A stretch of 64,000 nt of DNA, taken from Eledone cirrhosa. Lineage: Eukaryota. The position numbers and the translations under genes were made by a program. Of the stretch, positions 43,961 through 56,554 are shown piece by piece (positions within the stretch are counted from its first letter, which is position 1; each line of letters starts with the position of its first letter). The notes under the pieces are model-generated. The model was not told the DNA's origin, searched no databases, and worked only from the letters and a program-made list of their open reading frames with translations. The stretch lies in NCBI GenBank assembly GCA_964016885.1, contig OZ024741.1, positions 288,982,001 to 289,046,000 of the forward strand, given 5' to 3'.

Positions 43961-44674
43961 CAGGCATGTCTGTCGTCCACTCCACTGAATGTAAAAGCAA
44001 AACACAAGTTGAAAACCAGCATTAACACTTTATGGAATCGCTCCCGTAAGTTTTTGATTTTTTACATATTTAAAACAATTGTGATAGAATAATACTTATT
44101 ACAAATGAAACGTAAGATATCAGTCTTAACTCTCAGGAAGTGGCAACGCATCACATTGCGGCATAGGGATCCAATATGTAATATTTAATTTTGTACCAGA
44201 AATCTTATAGTCAGAAACGAAAATGGCTAGAAAATAACAGCCAAATAACTTCACCACCAGCACCAGCACCGCCGCCGCCACCATCACCACTACCACAAAA
44301 AAATCTAGCCAAATACAGACCATCACACCATCACCATCCCTATGGTGCTGCTGTCCCATCACCACCGCCGCCGCTGCCGCCACTGTTCCCTCACTGCACT
44401 AGAGAGGGGTGGTGATGCCGCTATGCATGAAGGGAAGCGAGCAAGATATAAATAGACTGGGTTAGTGACTCGGTTAAACAGCTAACAACAACAACAACAA
44501 CAACAACACCAAAATAATTATCTTGTTGAATTTCTAAACTCTCTCAAAATGTTTTATTTTAAACGCTGTCAAATCTAATTGTTTTGAAAAAGACAAATTA
44601 AAGGATAGGCGCTACAAAGAAAGTTTTAAGCGGTACTCTGACCAACTCCAAACATCACTGGTGACAACCCGCTA

Positions 44675-46380
44675 TATGAAAGATCATAAATCTAACTTTA
44701 ACTCTAATCCTTCTATAAGGCTTATATGCCCTTCCAAATCTGATATTGGAATCATTAGTAAACATTTTTTAGATAGAGTCATTCCACAACTAAGAAAACA
44801 TGTTAATTTACCACTCTGGGAAAACACATCCCAGGTAATTAACTGGTTTAATAATAAATCCTCTGCTTCATTTCTACAATTTGATATAGATAATTATTAT
44901 TCTTCTATATCACCTATACTCCTGAACAAAGCCTTGATATTTGCTAAAAATAGATCTAACTTAACTTTGGATGACATTAATATTATTACACATGCTAGAC
45001 TAACACTATTGGAATTTCAAAATGAATACTGGACCAGAAACACATATAGTAATCTATTCGATATTACTATGGGCTCAAGCGATTCTGCCCAAATTACTGA
45101 TCTTCTGGGCCTCTTTCCGCCAAACCACAAATACCATCAAATTTTAAATAGATCAACGGTTAAATTCCCCTACTCAACAACCAAAAACATAAAACAAATA
45201 TAAGTGCCTACAATGCATATAAATGTAAAAAAACCATGAGTATACCACCAGTACATCAAACTAACCATAATATCTCCTCAGATACAGGATTCACGAAAAG
45301 TTGTAACTGTAGAAACAAGGCAAACTGCCCATTAAAAGGAAATTGCCTTATTAATAACATAGTATATAAATGTAAAGTTAACACTAAGGACTCAATTTAT
45401 TCATATATAGGAGCTACCTCTAACAAATTTAAGGTAAGATTTAATACCCACAAACATAGTTTTAAAAATGCCGCACTAGCTAATACAACATCTCTAGCTG
45501 AAATAATTAATAATTATAGAAAGAGGAATATAGATTATGACCTGACCTGGAGTGTGCTCAAAAGGGCCACCCCTTATCAAAATAATAGATATGAATGTAG
45601 ATTATGTTCCCTAAATTAAATTATATTCTTTTCATAGATGTATTTTTTTCACTAACACTCTTATCGTAAAATTTTAGTCTCCTTAGATATTTGCATTAGC
45701 ATTACTATTTTATAACAGCAACTGTTCGTATACTTTTTACTGACCTGACCTATTTTCACCCCTAAAATAACCTTCTCATTCTTCACACTCCATTCAAAAC
45801 TGAAATCTGCCTTCTTCTACCCCTAAAATAAACTTCAATTACTACTATTTTACCATTTGGCCAATTATTAACTTTCTATTGGTTAATTCTAAACCTGTTA
45901 CCAAACAGACAGACTATATTAGATCTTTGTTGGTTTATTCAATGAACAAATATAATTATTTCTGAGGTCAGCATACGACCTATTTTCATCCCTAAAATAA
46001 TCTTTCATTCATAATATTCTTTTCCATCCAAAACTGAAATCTACCTTCCTCTACCCATAATTTAAGGTTCTTTTACTACTATATTACTATCTTGACCTTC
46101 ACTATCTTTCTATTGGTCAATTCAAAACCTGTTCCCAAACAGACCTATTGTATTAAATCTTTTTTTTTTTTTTTTTTTTTTTTTTTTCAATAAACAAATA
46201 TCATTATTTCTGAAGACAGCATATATATGTGTAGGTATGTATATTCTCTGATAGTTTGTATAAATATTTTACATAGATCTATAGAATATGCATACCAACA
46301 CTAACACATATATATATCCTAGAAACGATCGTAAAATGATGAATTTTTTTAATATAAGGAACTGTTTCTTTGTTTATTCA
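44675..46380 (+). mobile_element. Internally deleted AT-rich Hydra-like PLE with duplicated 3' region and HHR
   Basis: KDHKSNF, FDITMGSSDSAQ, then a jump to FPPNHKYH, CNCRNKANC, IVY..YIG, CRLC. Diverged direct repeat ~45747-45976 / 45977-46223. Confidence 0.85.
46201..46342 (+). ncRNA. Hammerhead ribozyme with extended stem II
   Basis: tcattattt CTGAAGA [105 nt: atatatatgtgt/acacatatatat and ggtatgtatattct/agaatatgcatacc] GAAAC gatc GTA aaatgatga. 9-bp stem I. Confidence 0.72.
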
Positions 46381-46695
46381 TTATTTTATTAATTTATATT
46401 GAAATATATATTTTTGTAAATAAGACAATAGAACCGTGTGGAAATGGAAGCACCAATTGCATAAGTTTTAAATCTCCGAAGCCGTTTATGAAAGTATTGA
46501 AGACAAGAAAACACACTTCCATCTTCCGGCGTGGAAGAGGCTCCTATCAGAAGAAACCGTCACCGAATCATCATTTTTCTTACCTGTTGTACAAACCTGG
46601 CTGGACACAGAACTCTGCACAAACATTCTAATAGTTCTATAGAGTTATGAAATAATACATATAAATAAGCCATAGATGACAAACATCATTAAGTA

Positions 46696-47385
46696 ATGTC
46701 AGAATTACCATCACAACTGGACTCCAATCGAGCCAGCGACTGGGAGCGACTCTTCTATTTCGCCCCACTCGCCCTCTCCAGGTCTGGCGCTGACCGAGGC
46801 GGCCGGTCGACAGCAGCCTGTGTCAAGGCCAATGTTTCGTCCTTTGAGCAAGCGCCCATTCCAAGCATGCCTAAGGAGGCCTCATACCCCACTCTCGGGT
46901 GCCTCCAATCCTCCACCCCTGAGTCCAGCGCCAAGCTTTTGCGTGACCGCGTAAACCAAATTATTCATGGGTGATGTCTCAGACGCATTCAGTGGTTGCC
47001 TTAGAGGACACCGTCCTCCAACCCACCGAGGAGCTCCTGTCTGCCCTGCGACTCAAGCATCCTCAGCCACCCGCTGACATCAGACCCACACATTCACCCG
47101 ATCCCCACTTGCTCCTTGTGGCTTCCGACGCAGTAATCATGTCCGCCATCACGCCCGAGGCCTCTTTTTTCGACTAGCCTCACCGCTCTCAGGAAGAAAG
47201 AGGGTAACATACGCCCCATCGCTATGGGCAATGTCTTCCGGAGGCTGGCTGCCAAGGTGGGGTGAGTTCAGTCCGGTGTAGCTAGGTGTCGACGTGTCCG
47301 GTGACTGTGAGGGGGTCGCACATGCAACCAGGCATTTTTTCAACAGCTGCTCACTGGAACCGGCATCCAGGGACTCCACGCATCT
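46696..47385 (+). mobile_element. CRE-clade-like non-LTR retrotransposon fragment (pre-RT and RT N-terminus)
   Basis: WERLFYF, LRLKHP, IRPIAMGNVFRRLAAKV, LGVDVSGDCEGVAHATR. GC-rich, with lesions. Confidence 0.7.
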
Positions 47386-48716
47386 CATTATCATTGTGCA
47401 CCCGTCCTACACGGGCAAAAGGACAGTAAAGGTTCGCATTCCTAGGATCCCACCAGGAATGAACATAAGGTAGCTCCTGGGATGCGTAATCGTGGAGGGA
47501 ACAGACACTGCCCTCCTAAGACAGAGAGAGAGGACTGGTCCGGTATGGATTTGGAGACTCTTCTCCAAATGAAACCAGAGGACATGAACAACATCCCGGA
47601 TTTTGCCCGCCTGCAGGGCGGGACAACAATCCAGTTAATCACTGAGGGAAGAAGGCCGCATTGGTTCGTCTGCGGGGAAGCAACGCACCCGCAAGCATTC
47701 AAAAATGCAGGGGATCACAAACCTCCTTTGTACCAACGACGCCAGCCCGGATGCTGCACCACCAACAATAACAAAACAAGTGACCCCACCAACATCAAAA
47801 ACAGTCGGACCACCACCAGCACCGAAACCAACCCAAGGGGAAAACAAGGAAAGCTCTCCCATTCCCCCTACGCCTCCAATTATACACATAGACAAAACAA
47901 TAAATGCATACAGCCACAAACCCTTTTGTCTTCCAGCATTGAAGATGAAGGGACCCCCCCCCAAAAAAAAACATTAAAAAACTTCGTGCTTATCAGAAGG
48001 GCTAACGATAAATTGATGGCCCTCTTAGCACCAGGCGAGGACATTCAAATAGAGGGGGAGATCTTTGAATTGAGCACATTTTGAGTGCCAGAAGATTTTC
48101 TTTCTGGTGCGAATGTCGCTCGATTCCTACAAAGATTCCTGGTGTCCTCGGTCCTAGGGCTACTTCCCTACTCACCACCATAGGCGCAGTAGCAGGTGTG
48201 ACCCTCGCGAGTTGGAATGGCTCTTCCAGCGCATCTCCCTTACCATCCTCCAGGGAAACGCCATTTTGTCCGCTGGGTCTGTGGGGCCCCATTTGCTCAC
48301 CGTACGGATTAAGACATATAACCTTTTATAACGGCGGCGAAGATTCGAAACCGAATCTGAGCTCTGCCGCCTCTGGGACAAGCCGTGGTAACTTGTTTAC
48401 GCTCAAGAGACTAAACACAGGTCAGAGGTGTTTACGCCTGACAGAAAATAGGTCAGAGGATATATCCACCTTTCTGACTTGTTTACGCTTGGCAAACTAA
48501 TCACTTGGGAGAGACTAACCAAAGTTCAGAGGATATATCTATCCTTCTTCTTCAACTCTTATAAATACAGGGGTTGTTCACGCCCCGACAGAAAAGAAGT
48601 GGATACAGACAAGACAAGACGTTTTTACAAGCTATCGTCACGAAAAACCAGTCTGCCATTTATTCTCACCTTCCTGGCTGATCGCTGACTCCTGCAATAC
48701 AAATAAGTAAATATAC
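47386..48716 (+). mobile_element. ORF1 3' half (same subfamily as 42958-43960) plus tail without recognisable ORF2
   Basis: 47386-47680 is similar to 43563-43870 (gacagagaggactggtccgg, aattaatcactgaggg), followed by a Pro/Thr-rich region and a tail with no APE/RT motifs. Confidence 0.6.
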
Positions 48717-49492
48717 TGATGCGCCGCACAGTGAGTCCAGCATTTGTACACGCACCATTCATTTCTGTTTACACATATTATAATCGTATTCTGTGATATT
48801 TGAATTTACGTGGCTCGAAGAGCCACCAAATTATTGTATGAATATTTAGTGTCAATTATTTTATCATTCAATATTCAAATTGAATATTGTTGTAATAAAA
48901 TAAACTTTGTAACAACACTCCTGGTATTTTTCTTTACATCGAAACCACCATACCAACAGTTACATCCATCCATCCACTTGTCGTTACAACCACACATAAT
49001 ATCCCGTTACACCTTTCTTTTTTTTTATTTACTCTTGTCGATTACAAAACAAATATACTAAGAAAGGCGACGGTAGTCAGTAATAAAGGTGATGGTGGTA
49101 TTGGTAGAAGTAAAAGTAAAGTTATAATGATGATAGTATTGGCGTTAGTGGCAGATGTATCTAGTGTTGAAGAATAGCAGCAACAACAGCAACCACACCA
49201 GTATTAGTAGTGGTGGTGGTGACGATAGTAATAATAATGGTTATTTTAGTGGCTCCTGTGGTCGTTACAATGCGGTAGTTTTACCAATCATAAAAGTGAT
49301 CACAGACTTCTATTTTATGATAATGGCTATAGTGATGATGTAGATGATGATCACTGTTGTGATGCTGTTTTGATTCAGGGCAACCTTGATCGTGCAAACA
49401 TATCAGCAAAGTTATTCCAACCATGACCAGTCCATTATTTTTTCGTATTTACGACCACATTATCCAATGTGTCCATCTACTGCTTAAAATAA

Positions 49493-49680
49493 TTGTTTCT
49501 ACTTTTGGCACAAGGCCAGCAATTATCCCAGTGCATTACTGGTGCTTTATTTTATCGACCCCGTAAGGATGAAAGGCAAAGTTAACCTCGGCGAGATTTG
49601 AACTCAGATCGTAAAGGGGCATAACTCTATGCTACAAAGCATGGCGTCCGACCCTCTAACGATACTACCAATCCACCGTC
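49493..49680 (-). mobile_element. Full-length tRNA-derived SINE
   Basis: Reverse complement closely matches 62537-62725. Confidence 0.85.
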
Positions 49681-49884
49681 TACTGTTTAAAATAATATAT
49701 GATTTGAAGGAGGCTTCTATTTCCAGCAGGTCAATCGACTCCGTAAAGGCTTCTTCCTCTGGCTCCAAAATATTACATTGTAACCGCATTGCTGATGATG
49801 ATGATTATGATGGTAAATAATTATGATGGCGATGACTATATTGATTTTAAATTATTATGGTTGTGCTGGTGCTGGTTGTGTTGT

Positions 49885-49961
<77 letters not shown>

Positions 49962-50555
49962 GTAGTAGCAGTGTTGGTGGTTGTGTTGTTAGTGATGGTT
50001 GTGATGTTAATGGTGGTAGTGATGGTCGTGATATTAGTGGTGGTGGTTGTGCTGTTAATGGTGGTAGTGATGGTCGTGATATTAGTGGTGGTGGTGGTGG
50101 TTGTGCTGTTAATGGTGGTGGTATTAGTTATATGGATTTTAGATGGAGGTGGAGGTAATCGTTGTGATTCGGGTTGTGATGATAATGATGACGGTGATAA
50201 CGTCAGTTAGTTATATTGATGTTGGGTGGAGGGGGGGGGGTTATAATTATAATTATGATGGCTATAGGGGGAGTAACTATAATGATGATGATGTTTATAT
50301 TGAAGTTGAATGGCGATGATGATATTGATGGTGATGATGCCGATTATTATTATTATTATTATTATTGCGCTTGTTATTATAATTATTATTATATTGGATA
50401 GTGATGTTGACGACTGTGGTGGTGTGATGGTGGCTACGTTAGTGGTGATGGGAATGAGGACGGCGGCTCTGTTTATTGTGCTTGTTAATGATAATGTGGT
50501 GACGGTATTAGTAATAATTTGGGTGGTTAAATAAATGTTTCGGTGTTAGCAATGC

Positions 50556-50597
<42 letters not shown>

Positions 50598-50637
50598 CAA
50601 CGACGATATCGATAAGGAGAACATGAGAGTGACGATT

Positions 50638-50690
<53 letters not shown>

Positions 50691-51230
50691 AAAAATGGTG
50701 CCGATGGATGCAGTCTGATGGTAGATGAATGGCGGGTAAACCAGGTTAGTTTGATGATGATGTAGTAGTATTTCAATGATGGATGGGTGGCTGGTTGATT
50801 GGGACGAGTTGGTGGTTGGGTGAATGATTTGCATGGCGGTGATGGTTGAAGGATGACGTTCTGGCGGTGGTGGTAGTGGTGGAAGGGTTGGGGTGGTGGA
50901 GTGAGTAAAGCGGTCTGATTAATATTCCGTCTTGTTAACCGATAGCACAGATGCGGTCGATGGCTAGATGCTCATCATTATCTTTAATGAGGCCCTAATT
51001 GCTTAGATCAATCCCGGTCGCCCATTTCTGCCACCGATCTACACACCCACACCTTACCACACAAACACATACACATGCATAACAGTCCCCCACCATCACC
51101 ACAGGCTCAGCTGCTGCTGATATTACTTTCGATGCTGTCTCAATTCTATGATAGAGATGGTGTTGCTGTTATTTTTGACGGGAACTGCCTGTCACTCACT
51201 CTATCTGGCTATCTATGTATCTATCTATCT

Positions 51231-53252
51231 CTTTACGATGGACACATGTGCTGAGCTCGCCCGGTAAGTTTTGTTTAAATTCATCCGGAAATTGTAAACT
51301 GTAAACTTTCATTTTTGTACTATTTTGTAGAGGGACTGCCAGGTCAAACTTTGATCTGGTCAGTCTCTCAAAATATTCTACGCCTTTAGGCGAAATAGTT
51401 AAACAAAAAACAAAAAATTGTTTTTTCTTGTTGAAAAGTTAATATTTTCTAAAAATGGCTGAAGCTTCTTCACCAAAATTCGAAGGAGGAAAGGGGAAGA
51501 TAAACTTACAGCTTCCCCCTGCCACTGTCACAGTAGCGGATGCCAAAGGAAGAGGTCAGCCGGAGGAAGAATTGTCTTCACCTGTTGACCGACCACTAGA
51601 TGTAGCCACAACTATACAAGAAACTGAAAACAACAACAACAACAACGACGACAACAACAACAACAACAGCAACAATAAAGACAACAAAAACAACAACAAC
51701 ACAAACGTCACAAGTATCCACACATCAAACGAGAAAGACAACAACAACAACAAAGATGAAAACAACTCAAACGACGAGAAACAAAACAATACAAACACCA
51801 ACAACGAAAACAAAATATCTTTTGCACAAACGGCTAAATTATCAGTCACGTATGTGCTTGAAGATATTTCAAAAGCAAAAGAAATGCTGGAAAAAGCCAA
51901 GAAATATGTATCTTTTGGCGAAAACGGTTCGTTTTCTATACCCCCAGAACTAAAAAAACAGACGGAATTACGAACTGTCGTATTCCGTACAATTTTAAAT
52001 AAAACAAAAAAACCAGCACAACCATCTCAAGCTGAAATTCATTTAGTACTGACAGAAGCGATGAGAGACATCACTTTCATACAAAAGGATAAACTCTATG
52101 GGAGTTTATCCATATTGATGAAAGACGAATTGGCGGCGAAAAAATACTGTGTCGCCAATTCGTTCCACACACTACACCTTCTTCCCCACCTACATGGGTA
52201 AAAAAAAGCCAGAGGTTATGGATAACCACCATCACCCCAAACATAAACTACTGGTGGTTACTAACCAGTTTCCTTTAGACGAGGACAACCTCATTTCAAT
52301 AGGGAAGGCATCCGGCGACGCGTTCAGTGGAACGAGCATCGAAGTTCTGACCCAAATAAGGCCAGAACGTATCGCCCAAATCCCTGCGCGCGTCATGTTG
52401 GATGACCGTACCCACCTCAACATTATTGTGGAGGGTAGGCGTCCCTCCTGTTACCTCTGTGGCAAGGGCTGCCTGTCCCCAGCTCACACAGAAAAAAACA
52501 CTGCTACCAACACCAACACCACCCCAACAAACTTTTACAAAACACCGAAAACAAATTTCACGGAGGACGTTGGTGGGGCCCTGATCAACTTGGATCAATC
52601 TAAGGCGTTCGATAGGGTCGACCATGGTTACCTGGATGCGGTGTTAGCGGCGGCAGGCTTCGGACCCGTTTTCAGGGGCTGGATCACTGCTATGCACAGC
52701 AGCCGCATCGGCTCTAGAGTCAAGGTGAACGGCTACCTCTCGGAGCCGTTCGAAATCGCGCGGTCCATCCGGCAAGGGTGCCCTCTCTCCTCCTTTCTGT
52801 ATGTATTGACTCTAGAGTCACTGCTGCGGAAGTTGGAGTTGTTGCAGGGCATCCAGGTGGAACCGGGATTGCGTAAAGCGGTGTCGGCCTACGCCGATGA
52901 CGTAACAGTAATGGTGTCGACGGCCTCGGAAATCGGGGCGATCGGCACCTTGCTGGAGGAGTACGAAAGGTTTACAAAGTGGCGAGAATGGCCTGTGTGA
53001 ATGGGCCTTCACTCTACATCAGCCTGTAGGTGAGGAAGATGAAATATCAAGGAGAAGGGTTGCACACTTTGTTCGAGGATTTTGTTATTAAATTTATTTT
53101 TGTTATATTTTATATATTATTTTTTATATCTTGTTATTGCCTCCTCCTTATTGAGGACGCCTTTTTATGTAAACTCCCACCATTGTACTTGTCCCACTCT
53201 TTGATGCCCTGGTGGCAAATAAAAAGAAAGTTATCTATCTATCTATCTATCT
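51231..53252 (+). mobile_element. Tx1/L1-like LINE copy A: leader, ORF1, doubly deleted ORF2, 3' UTR, (TATC)n
   Basis: ORF1 from 51455 (MAEASSPKF...SCYLCG). RT piece 52571-52977 is near-identical to 54511-54916 and jumps to the last ORF2 codons. aataaa followed by tatctatct. Confidence 0.88.
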
Positions 53253-56200
53253 CTGGGGTGTAATAGCCTCAAAGGGTTAATCGGTCGATTTGACCTGGCC
53301 GATAGATATCGACTAGATTTTCCGACTGCGCCAACCTGGACTTGGGCAAATCGTAGCGGATCATCTAGGTCGTACCTAGATAGGTTCTTAGTTAGAATTA
53401 AGGATAAGGACTTTTTAAGTTGTCCAAAAATGCGCATGGTTGGCTATTCAGATCACAAATTAGTGACCTGCATGGTCAACCTTGACAGAACTCATAGACA
53501 GGGCCCCGGTTACTGGAAGCTCAACTTGTCCTTGCCGGCAAGTAGAGCCTACATGAATCGGATTAGTACGTTAGTTAAGGAACGGTTGACTGGAGCGATC
53601 GTCAACAGCAGGTGGTGGGTATCTCAAAAGAGAGAGATTAGAGTAGTCTCGATAGAATTTAGTAAGGTTCTAGCTGCGGATAGGAATAGGAAGGAAAGGG
53701 AGCTAATAGATAGAGTAGAAGAGGCAATTAGAAGCGGCGACGTGGCCAGAGTGCTAGCGTCGAGAACGGCTTTGAGCCAGTTTTTCGACGCGAAGCACGA
53801 AGGCTGCGTTGTCCGAAGTAAAATACGTGCTCTAGGGAACGAGGGGACCAAAGCTGTTGGCTGGGCCCGCGTGACAGAGGCCAACAGTGGAACTAAATCC
53901 ACCATCCGGTCTTTGCGAGACCTGGATGGACGGGCGATTCTTGAGCCTAAGCAGATGTGTGAGGCCTTTCAAAGGCACTTTGCCCGACTGTTCGGGAGGG
54001 GCGGGGAGCCGGTTGGGAACGTGGACTTCGGTCCATACCTCGACGGCCTGCCGCGCCTCTCGGACAGGGAGGCGAAGTCCTGCGAGGAGCCGATTTCGGC
54101 CGCTGAGATAGAGGACGTGCTGAGCCAATGCGGCAAACGCAAATCCCCGGGTCTCGATGGTCTTCCTTACGAATTATATTTAGCTATGCCGGACTATGCC
54201 GATCTCCTCGAGGCGGTCTACTGCAACTGGCAACAGAACGGGAGAATTCCCTGTACTGTGACCAAGGGCGTAGTCACGCTAGTGAGGAAGGACGAGAACA
54301 AGGGGGACGAAATAAGTAACTTCAGGCCCATAACTCTGCTAAATACAGAGTTACAGATTTTGGCGAAGGTGCTAGCAAAGAGGTTGGCGCTTGTCGTGGG
54401 CAACCTGGTGGGAGAGATGCGCAGACATGCGCTATCCCGTCCAGGTCCATCCATGACAACCTCCACCTCATGCGATACATCATAGAGAGGGTTGGGAACG
54501 AACCCGGCTTTGGTGGGGCTCTGATCAACTTGGATCAATCTAAGGCGTTCGATAGGGTCGACCATGGTTACCTGGATGCGGTGCTAGCGGCGGCAGGCTT
54601 CGGACCCGTTTTCAGGGGCTGGATCACTGCTATGCACAGCAGCCGCATCTGCTCTAGGGTCAAGGTGAACGGCTACCTCTCGGAGCCGTTCAAAATCGCG
54701 CGGTCCATCCGACAAGGGTGCCCTCTCTCCTCCCTTCTGTATGTGTTGACTCTCGAGCCACTACTGCGGAAGTTGGAGTTGTTGCAGGGCATCCCTTTGG
54801 AACCGGGATTGCGGAAAGCGGTGTCGGCCTACGCCGATGACGTGACAGTAATGGTGTCGACGGCCTCCGAAATCGAGGCGGTCGGCACCTTACTGGAGGA
54901 GTACGAAAAGTTCACAGGGGCTAAGCTGAACCGGGACAAGTCGATCGGTTTGCAACTCGGCACGTGGAGGGGCAGACCGATGCCCTCCGATGGCGTCGTC
55001 GGACGCTGGACGGAGGGCCCGGTGCGGTGAAGTTGCTCGGGGTCTGGTTCGGACCGGAGCTCCAGGTGGAGAAAAACTGGGCGGAGGTTACGAACAGGGT
55101 GTTTGCACTGACCCAGAAGTGGGCCAGTTGCAAACTATCCCTGAAAGGTCGGGCGGAGGTGGCGAACACCTACATAGCGTCCGTCGTCTACTACCGCCTG
55201 ACCGTAGTGCCCTGCCCAAGGGAAACCCTCACCAAGATGGAGCGCGCGCTCTTCCAATTCCTTTGGAAGAGGCGGGCTCCTATGGTGAGGAGATCCATCT
55301 GCTGTCAACACCCTTCGAAAGGAGGGCTGGGGATGCCGTGGCTAATGATGCGTAAACACGCATTAAGGCTACGGCACCTCTACGTATTCCTCACCGGACA
55401 ACCGGTGTGGGCCTCGTTTGTGAGACGAACCTTTCCCAGACTCGTCTCACTCACCGAGCTGCAATCCTGGATCAAGCAAAGACCGAGAAAACTGGGCGCC
55501 TGGCACACTGAGTGTGCCCAGGCGCTCACCGCCCTCTGGCAGGCGGATCCGGTTATCAGTGGAGACTCCACCGCAACATTCTATAGAGGGCTGGTACGCA
55601 GCAGGTGCGACGACGCCCTCGGAGAAGCCCTAGACATGGAGGAGGACGAACTGGCCAGCCTGTTCGGTAGGACATTCAGCCCGGGACCTATGGACAACTT
55701 CCAGAAGTCCCTGGCCTGGCAGTGCTACCGAGGAGCTTTACCCGTTCGAGAAAGGCTCTACAGACACGGGCGCCCGGGTAGGGACCCCGCCAAAAAGATC
55801 TGTCCCAGATGCGTGTGCGACGAGGAAACCGTTGCACACGCATTGGTACACTGCTCGGGCGTAGCCGATCTGTGGGGCTATGTCGAACAACTGCTGTCAA
55901 GGGTGGGACCGATCCGGTTGACCACCGAGTCTATTGTAATGATCAAGCCGCCTCCCCCCTTCAAAGATGAAGCAGAGGCGGTGTTTCTGTGCGTAATAGC
56001 CATGGCGAAAGAGGTTGTATGGTGGACGCGTCTGAAAGGACTGAGGTCAGGCACCTTTCTCTCTGGCCAACAACTGGTCCGTTTCTTCCGATATCATTTC
56101 GGAAGAAGGATCAGGATGGAGAGAGAGGTGCTGCACCCCAGTCGTTTTTATGAAAGGTGGGTGAAAGTGGCGAGAATGGCCCGTGTGAATGGGTCTTCTC

Positions 56201-56554
56201 TTTACATAAGCCTGTAGGTGGAAAAGAGGAAGGAACGAGGGAGCACCCCCTCTCTGTGCTCCTGAAGAAAAGGGTTGCACACTTTTTCCGGGGGTGTGTG
56301 CGACCCCCCAAGGCGCCTCCTCTCTATTGAGGATTTTGTTATAAATTTTATTTTTTGTTATATTTTTATAACAAAATCCTCTATTGAGGATTTTGTTATA
56401 ATTCTATTTTTTGTTATATTTTATTTTATTTTTATATATTGTTGTTGCCTCCTCCCTATTGAGGACGCCTTGTTTTGTAAACTCCCCCCATTGTACTTGT
56501 CCCACTTTTGATGCCCTTGTGGCAAATAAAAGAAACATATCTATCTATCTATCT
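53253..56554 (+). mobile_element. Tx1/L1-like LINE copy B: 5'-truncated ORF2 (APE C-terminus, RT, zinc motif), two frameshifts
   Basis: SYLDRF, SDH, GYWKLN, KSPGLDGLPYE, FRPITLLN, DQSKAFDRV, RQGCPLS, YADD, LSLKGR, GGLG, CPRC..ETVAHALVHC. Frameshifts at ~54418 and ~55022. Confidence 0.93.
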
